From the NCBI GenBank assembly GCA_044223005.1, contig JBGAML010000005.1, positions 64,001 to 128,000 on the forward strand: a stretch of 64,000 bases of DNA, read 5' to 3'. This DNA is from Candidatus Eiseniibacteriota bacterium. GTDB taxonomy: Bacteria > Eisenbacteria > RBG-16-71-46. A program made the translations under genes and the position numbers. This document shows positions 42,172 to 50,285 of the stretch, piece after piece. A model generated the notes under the pieces. It was not told the origin of the DNA. It did not search any database and saw nothing but the letters and a program-made list of their open reading frames with translations. Within the stretch, counting starts at the first letter, position 1; every line of letters begins with the position of its first letter.

Positions 42172-42215
42172 TTCGCCATATGGCGAACTGTAGAAGCGAG
42201 CGGGATCGGCGTCAA
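42172..42215 (-). promoter_or_regulatory. ars promoter and probable ArsR operator
   Basis: Minus strand TTGACG-17 nt-TACAGT; perfect palindrome TTCGCCATATGGCGAA at 42172-42187 directly downstream. Confidence 0.75.
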
Positions 42216-42279
42216 GCCGGGAACACGACACGCCCGTCGCGGATCTCCGCGACGGGCGCGTTCTCGTCCTCGTGGCGCT

Positions 42280-43020
42280 TCAGCGATACACGCCCTTCAG
42301 CCGGCCCCACGTGCGCGTCGGGATCGCGGTCGCGGCGGGGATTTCGCAGAAGGCGATCGTGTCGAAGCCCACGTTGGGATCGGGGCTCGGGCCGAAGCGC
42401 AGTTCGACCCGCGTGATGCCGTAGCCGCTCACCGACATCGTGAAGTTGCCCGGCATGCCGGCCTGGCTCAGGCACGCGTCACCGCTCGTGCTGTCGATTC
42501 CCGCGCCGCCCGCGAGCGTGGCGACACTCACGACGGCGTGACTCGCGTCGTAGGCGGTGAGGGTCGCGCCGTGCACGGCGCCGCCGTAGGGGTAGTAGTC
42601 GCCGAAGTCGAAGAGCTTGATCCCGAAGCAGCCCACCATGACGCCGGGCGCGAACGTGAAATCGTAGTCGAGCACGCAGTTCGCGGGGTGCCCCATGCCG
42701 TGGATGCCATCGAGGCAGCCATTGTTGCCGCCGGCGGTGTCGTAACTGCTGAAGGGCACCACGTTTCCTTCTTCGATCACGCGCGTCGAGCCGGCGGGGC
42801 AGCCGGCCCCGTACGCCCACGGAACGCTCGCGATGTTGAGCACCGGGTCCACGGTGCCGAGTCCTTCGACGAGCGAACCGGGGGCGAAGCCTTCGAACGT
42901 GACGCCGTGAAAGGTGGCCGAGCACGACGCGGGCGTGCACGGCGCCGCGATCGCCGCGGCGGGAATGCCCGCGGCCAGCGCGAGCAGGACGAGACACAGC
43001 CGGAACGCAGTCGAACGCAT
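42280..43020 (-). CDS. Secreted Cys-rich protein with C-terminal TWGRLKGVYR tail
   Basis: GGAGG SD; signal peptide ending AIA; 8 Cys in the mature part; ends TAIPTRTWGRLKGVYR*. Confidence 0.85.
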   Translation of the reverse strand: MRSTAFRLCLVLLALAAGIPAAAIAAPCTPASCSATFHGVTFEGFAPGSLVEGLGTVDPVLNIASVPWAYGAGCPAGSTRVIEEGNVVPFSSYDTAGGNNGCLDGIHGMGHPANCVLDYDFTFAPGVMVGCFGIKLFDFGDYYPYGGAVHGATLTAYDASHAVVSVATLAGGAGIDSTSGDACLSQAGMPGNFTMSVSGYGITRVELRFGPSPDPNVGFDTIAFCEIPAATAIPTRTWGRLKGVYR

Positions 43021-43465
43021 GGGGAGCCTCCGGATGGGAAGAGGTGCGTGACGGTGATCCATTGTCCCCGGCCACGAGCGGGCCCGGCAATCGAAAAGCG
43101 GGCGGGGGTGTCCCACCGGAGTGGTAGTTCGGTGGCGGCGCTCCCCCCGACCATCGACGGGCGTTTCGCGGTTGTTGCCCACCGAATCGCCCGCTAGTTT
43201 TGCGGCGCACGGCAACGCCCTCGACCGCCGGGGAGTCCCATCGCCCTCTGCGGATGTCGGCATCGCATGGCTCGATCGTCCGCGCTTCCAGTACTTCGAT
43301 CCCGCCGCGCACCACCCACGCTCGGAGGCCCTTCATGCCGCCTCGGCCGGCCACCCGCAGGATCCCGAGGGTTTCGCCGCGATCCTGGATCACGACCCTC
43401 GGTGCCGATCCGGCCGCCGCATGTCCCCGGGGCCCTGGCGGACGGCATCTCTCGGAGAGGACCTC

Positions 43466-44425
43466 ATGAAGCATCGCACTTTCGGCCGCCTGGGTTGGGA
43501 CGTCAGCGAAATCGGCTATGGCATGTGGGGCATGGGCGGATGGACAGGCTCCGACGACGTCGAATCGATGGCGTCACTGGAGCGGGCCGTCGATCGAGGC
43601 TGCAACTTCTTCGACACGGCGTATGCCTATGGGCTCGGACACAGCGAGCGCCTGCTCGGGCAGCTGCTGCGCGCACGCCCGGCCGAGCGGCTCTACGTCG
43701 CGACCAAGCTGCCGCCCAAGAACATGAAGTGGCCCGCCGGTCCCGGCGCGACGCTCGCCGATTCGTACCCGGCGGATCACATCCGCGAGTACGCGGAGAA
43801 GAGCCTCGCGAACATCGGTGTCGGCACGCTCGACCTGCTCCAGTTCCACAGCTGGAACGACGACTGGACTCCGGAAACCGAATGGCAGGAGGCGATCGCC
43901 GCGCTCAAGGCCGAGAGGCTCGTGCGCGCGGTGGGCATCAGCATCAACCGCTGGGAGCCCGAGAACGCCATCCGCGCTCTGCGCACGGGGCTCATCGACG
44001 TCGTGCAGGTGGTCTACAACGTCTTCGACCAGGCACCTGAGGACGAGCTGTTCCCGGTCTGCCGCGAGCTCGGGATCGCGGTGATTGCGCGCGTACCGTT
44101 CGACGAGGGCTCGCTCACCGGCAACCTGACTCGCGAGACGACGTGGCCCGAGGGCGACTTCCGCAACATCTACTTCGCCGGCGACAAGCTGGCGGAGAGC
44201 GTCGAGCGCGCGGACCGCCTGCGACCCGAGATCCCGGCCGGCATGACGATGCCCGAGCTCGCGCTGCGCTTCATCCTCGCGAATCCGGACGTCTCCACGA
44301 TCATTCCCGGCATGCGCAAGCTCGCGAACGTCGACGCGAACATCGCCACGAGCGATGGGCGGCCGCTCGATGCGGCGTTGGTCCAGCGCCTGCGCGGGCA
44401 TCGCTGGGATCGCACGGCGGGCTGA
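43466..44425 (+). CDS. Aldo/keto reductase
   Basis: SEIGYGMWG, FFDTAYAYG, VATK, LLQFH, IIPGM. Confidence 0.93.
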   Translation: MKHRTFGRLGWDVSEIGYGMWGMGGWTGSDDVESMASLERAVDRGCNFFDTAYAYGLGHSERLLGQLLRARPAERLYVATKLPPKNMKWPAGPGATLADSYPADHIREYAEKSLANIGVGTLDLLQFHSWNDDWTPETEWQEAIAALKAERLVRAVGISINRWEPENAIRALRTGLIDVVQVVYNVFDQAPEDELFPVCRELGIAVIARVPFDEGSLTGNLTRETTWPEGDFRNIYFAGDKLAESVERADRLRPEIPAGMTMPELALRFILANPDVSTIIPGMRKLANVDANIATSDGRPLDAALVQRLRGHRWDRTAG

Positions 44426-44432
44426 CGAACGT

Positions 44433-44461
44433 CGAGGGCCGTCGCGCGGCGACGGCCCTCG
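44433..44461. terminator. Hairpin between convergent genes
   Basis: CGAGGGCCGTCGC-GCG-GCGACGGCCCTCG. Confidence 0.6.
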
Positions 44462-44494
44462 TTCGTGCGGACGGACGCGTGCCGGGCGCACGCA

Positions 44495-45463
44495 TCAGTG
44501 CTTGTCGCTGGCCTGCAGGAACGCGCGCACGGCGGCGAGGTACTCGTCCGGGTTGTCGTGCATCGTGAGGTGGCCGCTGTTCGCGATGCGCGTGAACGTC
44601 GCTCCCGGGATCAGCGACGCGAAGTACGCCGCGGTCGTCGGCGAGGCCTCGTCGAACTCGCCGGCCGTGACGAGCGTCGGCACCGCGATCTCGTGGAGCC
44701 GTGGCGTGGCGTCGTAACCTTTCAGCGTGCCGGTGATGGTGAACTCGCTCGGGCCTTCCATGTAGCCGTAGACGGGCATCGCGAGGCCGGCGAACGAGCT
44801 CTCGGCATCGGCGCTCATCGGCTGCCGGCGCACGACGAACCGCCCGTAGAACTCGTTCATGGCCGCCTGGTACTCGGGTGAACCGTACGTGCCGGCCCTC
44901 TCGTTGCGCGTGATCTTCTGCTGCGTCGAATCGGGCAGCAGGTGCTTGAGGCTGTCGGCGTCGTGTTCCCACATCGGGATGCTCAGCGCCGGGCTCGAGA
45001 GCACGAGCGCGTGCACGCCCGCGGGCTTCGTGAGCATGTAGTCCACGGCGAGGATCGTGCCCCACGAATGGCCGAGAAGATCGACCTCCTTCAGGCCCAG
45101 CTGCTCGCGCACCGCGGCCAGTTCGGCGACGAACCGCTCGCGCGTCCACAGCGTGGAATCCTTCGGCTGGTCGGACCGCCCGCACCCGAGCTGGTCGTAG
45201 AAGATCACCGGCCGGTCGGCCCCTAGCGCCGCGAGCGGCTTCAGGTAGTAGGAGGGCACGCCGGGTCCGCCGTGCAGCAGGAGCAGCGGCGTGCCCGGGC
45301 CGCTGCCGACGATCTGGTACCAGACGCGCCCGCCGGGAACGTTCACGTAGCCGGTGCGGCGAGCCAGGCCGCCGGCGGGTTCGGGCTTCGGCGTGCACGC
45401 GAGTGCGAGCGTGAGGACCAGGAGCGACGCGAGGGCCAGGAATCGGGAACGGATCGCCGACAT
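44495..45463 (-). CDS. Proline iminopeptidase-family alpha/beta hydrolase, probable lipoprotein
   Basis: HGGPG, YDQLGCGRS, GHSWG, GEFDE, SGH; LALAC lipobox-like site. Confidence 0.88.
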   Translation of the reverse strand: MSAIRSRFLALASLLVLTLALACTPKPEPAGGLARRTGYVNVPGGRVWYQIVGSGPGTPLLLLHGGPGVPSYYLKPLAALGADRPVIFYDQLGCGRSDQPKDSTLWTRERFVAELAAVREQLGLKEVDLLGHSWGTILAVDYMLTKPAGVHALVLSSPALSIPMWEHDADSLKHLLPDSTQQKITRNERAGTYGSPEYQAAMNEFYGRFVVRRQPMSADAESSFAGLAMPVYGYMEGPSEFTITGTLKGYDATPRLHEIAVPTLVTAGEFDEASPTTAAYFASLIPGATFTRIANSGHLTMHDNPDEYLAAVRAFLQASDKH

Positions 45464-45613
45464 GGAGCACCTCCGGGGAGCGGGGAACGGGAAGGACGGC
45501 GCGCACTCTAGCGCATCGCCCTGCGCGTTCGAGCGCCCGATCCCGGCCCCCGGCTGCGAGCCCTGTTTCACTCGCGTCCCGAGAGCCGTTACCTTGGCCC
45601 CGGGAGGGAACAC

Positions 45614-46210
45614 GTGAAGATCCAGAGCGTCGAGTTCGTCCTGAGCGCCGGACACGAGTCCGAGTGCCCGCCGGGGGCCATGCCGGAGATCGCCGTTTCC
45701 GGGCGGTCCAACGTCGGCAAGTCCTCGCTCCTCAACTCACTCTTCAAGCGGCGGGACCTGGTCAAGGTCTCCTCGACGGCGGGGAAGACGCAGCGCCTCA
45801 ACTTCTTCCTCGTCAACCAGCGCTTCCACCTGGTGGACCTTCCCGGCTACGGCTACGCCAAGGCGCCCGCCACCGCACGCACGGCGTGGAGCAAGATGAT
45901 GCAGGGCTACCTGCGGAATCGGCGCCAGCTGGTGGCCCTGATCCAGCTCGTCGACATCCGCCACGATCCCTCGCGTGACGATCGCGAGATGGTCCAGTGG
46001 CTGCGCGAGGAGGACATGCCCTTCTGCCTCGTCGCGACCAAGGCCGACAAGATCGGGACGACCAAGCAGGCCGACGCGCTGCGCGCCTTCGCCCGCACGC
46101 TCGAACTCCCGGCCGATCACCCGATGTTCGCGCACTCGAGCGAGACCGGTGCCGGCCGCGAAATGCTGCTCTCCTGGGTCGGCGCCGTCATCGACGCGGC
46201 ACGCGGATGA
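45614..46210 (+). CDS. engB: Ribosome biogenesis GTPase EngB/YihA/YsxC
   Basis: GRSNVGKSSLLN, DLPGYG, TKADK. Confidence 0.95.
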   Translation: MKIQSVEFVLSAGHESECPPGAMPEIAVSGRSNVGKSSLLNSLFKRRDLVKVSSTAGKTQRLNFFLVNQRFHLVDLPGYGYAKAPATARTAWSKMMQGYLRNRRQLVALIQLVDIRHDPSRDDREMVQWLREEDMPFCLVATKADKIGTTKQADALRAFARTLELPADHPMFAHSSETGAGREMLLSWVGAVIDAARG

Positions 46211-46614
46211 CCTCGGAGGCGCCGCCCGCCTGGCGCGCGCGCCTGCGCGCGAGCCGCGCGCTGCAGGTCGTCGTGCTGCTCGCGCTCTGGGGCGCCGGAG
46301 AACTGCTCCAGCGCGCGCTGCACCTGCCGTTCCCGGGCTCGATCGCGGGCTTCGGCCTGCTGCTCGCGCTGCTCGGCCTGCGTGTGCTCGAACCGGCGGA
46401 CGTCGAGAAGGGCGCCGCGGTGTTCCTCGCCGAGATGCTGCTCTTCTTCGTCCCGGCCGTGGTCGCGGTGGTGGATCACCCGGAATGGCTCGGGAATCTC
46501 GGCCTGCGGCTGCTCGTCGCGATCCTCGCCGGCACCGCGATCGTGATGCTCGTGACCGGCGCGGTGGTCGAGGCCTGCTGCCGGCTCCTGCCCCCGGAGC
46601 GTTCGTCGCGATGA
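46207..46614 (+). CDS. CidA/LrgA family protein
   Basis: LPFPGSIAG..EMLLFFVPAVV; ATGA overlaps on both sides. Confidence 0.88.
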   Translation: MTSEAPPAWRARLRASRALQVVVLLALWGAGELLQRALHLPFPGSIAGFGLLLALLGLRVLEPADVEKGAAVFLAEMLLFFVPAVVAVVDHPEWLGNLGLRLLVAILAGTAIVMLVTGAVVEACCRLLPPERSSR

Positions 46615-47315
46615 ACGTCCCGGTGCTGGTGCGCGACACGTTTCTCTGGTCCGTCATCACGCTGGCCTGCTACGTGGCGGCCAAGGCGCTGCACCGGCGC
46701 GTCCCGTCGGTGCTCGCGTCGCCCGTCGTCGTCGTGCCGCTGCTGCTCGCGCTCGCACTCGCCGGCACGCACACGCCGTACGCGCGCTACGCCGCGGGCA
46801 CGCGCTGGCTGGTGACGCTGCTCGCGCCCTCGATCGTCGCGTTCGCCGTACCCTTCCACGCCCAGCGCGCGCTGATCCGGCGTACCTGGCCCGCGCTCGC
46901 CGCGGGCGTGCTCGCGGGCAGTGCGGTGGCGATCGCCACATCGGTATGGCTCTCCAACGCGCTCGGCCTCGGCGCCGAACTGCGCGCGAGCCTCGTTCCG
47001 CGCTCGATCAGCACGCCCTTCGCGATGATCGTGTCGCGGGAGGTGGGCGGCACCCCCAACGTCACCGCCGCGATCGTCGTCTTCACGGGCGTCGTGGGGG
47101 CGATGATCGGCGAGGCGCTGCTGGCACTGCCGGCGTTGCGCCACCGGCTCGCGCGTGGCGCCCTGATGGGCATGGGCGCGCATGGCGTGGGCAGCGCGCG
47201 CGCGCACCAGATCGCGCCCGACCTGGGCGCCATCGCCGCGCTCGTGATGGTGCTGGCCGGCGTGCTCAACGTCCTGCTCGCGCCGCTCCTCGCGGCGTGG
47301 GGCGTCGGGCGCTGA
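46611..47315 (+). CDS. LrgB family protein
   Basis: SLVPRSISTPFAM, GALMGMGAHGVG. Confidence 0.9.
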   Translation: MNVPVLVRDTFLWSVITLACYVAAKALHRRVPSVLASPVVVVPLLLALALAGTHTPYARYAAGTRWLVTLLAPSIVAFAVPFHAQRALIRRTWPALAAGVLAGSAVAIATSVWLSNALGLGAELRASLVPRSISTPFAMIVSREVGGTPNVTAAIVVFTGVVGAMIGEALLALPALRHRLARGALMGMGAHGVGSARAHQIAPDLGAIAALVMVLAGVLNVLLAPLLAAWGVGR

Positions 47316-47349
47316 CGCCGAAGCGCCGGCGCCCGAAGCCGCATGCCGC

Positions 47350-49125
47350 CTACCGCAGGAGCACGACCTTCTGCGCCGCGCCGGCGGGGGTGCCCGCCAG
47401 GCGGTACCAGTAGATGCCCGGCTCGAGCGCGCGTCCGCTCGCGTCACGGCCGTCCCAGCGCACGGTGTTCTGGCCGGCCCGCGCGATGCCCCGGAACTCG
47501 TTCACGCGATGCCCCGCAGCGTCGAACACGCCCAGCTCGTACGGCGCGGACGACGGCATCATGAAGCGGAGCTGCGTGACGCCCTTGAACGGGTTCGGCG
47601 CGCCCGGCAGGGTCAGCGCCACCGTCCGGGTCTGCGGCGTCCCGTCGACGCCCGTGAACGAGGCGGACTGCCAGTAGATGTCATCGAGCCCGAACTCGCA
47701 GCTCGCGCCGTTGGTCTCGAGGATGACGAAGGGGTAGGCGAGCATGCGCAGGTCCATGAGCGTGCCGCGCAGGTCGTTCACCGGAATCGACGCCTGCCCC
47801 CATTCGCCGTTGCGCACGAGTCCGTACGTGGTCGTGTTGGCGGGGAAGGTGACGTAGTTCTGGTTCGTCCAGACGTCGGTGATGCCGATCTTGAACGTCA
47901 CGTTCGCCGGGATCTTGATGCGGAACTTGAGCGTACCGCCGCCCATGTCGAACAGGTTGGTGGGCTGCACCGACATGATTCCCGCACCGAACCAGCCCTT
48001 GGCGTTGGTCTTCCACGACAGGACGTTGCTGCCTTCGTAGGGCGCGATCGTGCCCGGCAGCAGCGTGCTCTCCCACACGTAGATGTTGGCGTCGATCGTC
48101 GGCGTGGCGTGACTCGTGGTCGGCGTGTTGTCGGTGTAGAGCCCGAAGCGGCCTTCCTTCGGCGTCGGCGGCCCCTGTGCCACTTCGCCCTGGCCGTTCC
48201 ACTGGTAGACCCGCACGTAGTCGACGTACATCGTCGCCGGCAGCGGCATCGTGACCGGCAGGCCCCCGGCGAGATTGCCCAGCACGCCGCAGTCGGTGTA
48301 CGCGCCGCTCACCGCGAGATTCAGGAGGAAGTAGAAGGGCTTCGTGAACTCGTCCTTGGCGTCGGCGCCGAAGACGAACGGCGACGCGTACAGGTCGTGC
48401 TCGACGCCGCTGTCCTCGACGGTGAAGCGCATGGACGTCGAGTCCCAGTAGCAGCGATAGATGAGGAAGCGGTTCGCGAGGCCGGGGGAGTAGTTGTAGT
48501 AGGGACGGTCGTACACGTCGGTCGGGTCATCGGCGATCATGGCCGTACCGGAGGGGCCGCCCCAGATCGCGTTGGCGCCCACCATCTGGTTCACGGTCGA
48601 GTTGTCGAGCCCGTTGCCGCCGTTGTGCGAGTCGTGGGCGTTGCGGAAGACCTGCTTCGCGCCCATCTCCATGAAGTCGACCTCGCCGCAGGACGGCCAG
48701 TCGAGCGTCTGCGTGCCCATCATCCAGAACGCCGGCCAGCCGCCGTTCGCGAGGTTGGGCACCTGGATGCGCGTCTCGATCATCCCGTAGCGCACGCTCA
48801 GGAACGAACGGCTGCTGAGCTTGCCCGAGGTGTAGTTGAGCGGACCGCCCCACGCGTCCACGATCCCGGGACCCGACTCGTTCTTGGCGATGATCCGGAC
48901 CGCCTTGTTGCCCGGCTCTCCCGGCACGTCGGCGATGTCGACGTTCTCGGCCTTGTAGAACTCGAGTTCGCCGTTGCCCCAGCCCCAGTTGCCGTTGCCC
49001 GTCACCTTGAGCCAGTGATCGAGGTTGTCGAAGTTGTCCTCAAAAAGGAGTGGGCCGACCTGTGCGTGGGCCGTGCCGGCGACGAGCAGCGCGGCCGCGA
49101 GGAAGGCGAGGAGAGACCTGCGCAT
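47350..49125 (-). CDS. Secreted GH16 glycoside hydrolase (laminarinase-like) with accessory domain and FlgD-Ig/CTD
   Basis: WGNGELEFY, GWPAFWM, WPSCGEVDFME (ExDxxE), NLAV, MYVDYVRVY; APNPF..WDGRD..PGIYWY. Confidence 0.92.
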   Translation of the reverse strand: MRRSLLAFLAAALLVAGTAHAQVGPLLFEDNFDNLDHWLKVTGNGNWGWGNGELEFYKAENVDIADVPGEPGNKAVRIIAKNESGPGIVDAWGGPLNYTSGKLSSRSFLSVRYGMIETRIQVPNLANGGWPAFWMMGTQTLDWPSCGEVDFMEMGAKQVFRNAHDSHNGGNGLDNSTVNQMVGANAIWGGPSGTAMIADDPTDVYDRPYYNYSPGLANRFLIYRCYWDSTSMRFTVEDSGVEHDLYASPFVFGADAKDEFTKPFYFLLNLAVSGAYTDCGVLGNLAGGLPVTMPLPATMYVDYVRVYQWNGQGEVAQGPPTPKEGRFGLYTDNTPTTSHATPTIDANIYVWESTLLPGTIAPYEGSNVLSWKTNAKGWFGAGIMSVQPTNLFDMGGGTLKFRIKIPANVTFKIGITDVWTNQNYVTFPANTTTYGLVRNGEWGQASIPVNDLRGTLMDLRMLAYPFVILETNGASCEFGLDDIYWQSASFTGVDGTPQTRTVALTLPGAPNPFKGVTQLRFMMPSSAPYELGVFDAAGHRVNEFRGIARAGQNTVRWDGRDASGRALEPGIYWYRLAGTPAGAAQKVVLLR

Positions 49126-49232
49126 GGGGGATCCCTTCGGTTCGCGACTCGCGGACATGCCGGGCGTCGCATGAGCATCAAGAAGAGATGATGCCGGGGG
49201 TGCGGCGTTACTTTCACCGCCCTGATCTTAGG

Positions 49233-49257
49233 ACTTTGTTCGCCATCCGCACAATGT
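49233..49257. promoter_or_regulatory. 25-bp palindromic operator-like site, copy 2
   Basis: ACTTTGTTCG-CCATC-CGCACAATGT between divergent genes. Confidence 0.7.
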
Positions 49258-49434
49258 TAGTTTCGCCCTGCGGAGGCTGGACACCCCGGCCGACGTGACT
49301 TCTCCTCGCGAGCCCTCCGCGCCGAACGAGACGGCAAATGCCGCCCACGGGACGCGGTCCCCACTCGCGACCTACATGCCGTGGCGTGCCCCACGCTGGT
49401 TCGAGCCCTCGCCGCGGCGAAAGGCAGGCCCGCA

Positions 49435-50055
49435 ATGAAGGCCTTGATTCCGATGTTCCGCGTGGCGCTCGCCGTCGTGGCGATCGCGCTCTTCGCGCAG
49501 GCGGCTGGCGCGCAGAACCTGCTGCTCAACTCCGACTTCGAGACCGGCGTGCTCACGCCCTGGGCCGGTGTCGGCGGCCTCGGCCCGAACGCGACCATCT
49601 CGGTCCTCGCGGGCGACAACGGCCCCTCGGGCCCCGGCACGCACTACGCGTACCTCAACAACCACGCCGAGGCCAACGGCCTGACGATGGCGCAGACCAC
49701 GCCGCTCGGCAGCGCGACGCCGGGTACCGTGTACTACTCGTACGACTTGAGCCTCGGCTCCGCGCAGAACGGCGGCGTCTTCTTCGTCGAGATCTTCGCG
49801 CAGAACGCGGCCGGCGCCGTCATCGGCAACGCCGGCCTGCAGGGCAACTATTCGCCCGGCACGTGGACGCACTACGCCGGCTCGTTCACCGCGCCGGCCA
49901 ACACCGACCACCTGACGATCCAGTTCGAAGCGCCGACCGGCGCCGTGTCCGGCAGCGTCTCCGCGATGAAAGTCGACAACGTGCAGCTGTACCAGCACGT
50001 CGTGACCCCGACGCTGCAGTCGACGTGGGGCCAGCTGAAGACCCTGTACCGCTAG
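49435..50055 (+). CDS. Secreted CBM-like protein with C-terminal TWGQLKTLYR tail
   Basis: Signal peptide ending AGA; NLLLNSDFETG..WT.Y..SFT..VDNVQL jellyroll pattern; ends VTPTLQSTWGQLKTLYR*. Confidence 0.88.
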   Translation: MKALIPMFRVALAVVAIALFAQAAGAQNLLLNSDFETGVLTPWAGVGGLGPNATISVLAGDNGPSGPGTHYAYLNNHAEANGLTMAQTTPLGSATPGTVYYSYDLSLGSAQNGGVFFVEIFAQNAAGAVIGNAGLQGNYSPGTWTHYAGSFTAPANTDHLTIQFEAPTGAVSGSVSAMKVDNVQLYQHVVTPTLQSTWGQLKTLYR

Positions 50056-50093
50056 CACGACGCGGCCGGCCCTCGCGGCCGGTCCGGATGTTC

Positions 50094-50134
50094 GCGGCGG
50101 CCATTCTCTCCGAGGGTGGCCGCCGCTGCTTTCT
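50094..50134 (+). terminator. Intrinsic terminator candidate
   Basis: GCGGCGGCCATTCTC-TCC-GAGGGTGGCCGCCGC followed by TGCTTTCT. Confidence 0.6.
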
Positions 50135-50285
50135 CGCGTCGTGTCGCCTGCGCGCGACCCGCCCCAGCGCCGCGAAAGCTCCCCCCGCGCGAGCTGGATG
50201 TTGCTAGGATGCCGCGGCGGTACGCCGCTGACGCTCCGGCACGAAACCCTCTCGCACTTTCGCGCTGTCCGCCCGTGGAGTCCCC

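Noticed and set aside
43021..43465. 445-nt intergenic region with open frames on both strands
   Set aside because: No recognisable protein motif, RNA family or operator copy.
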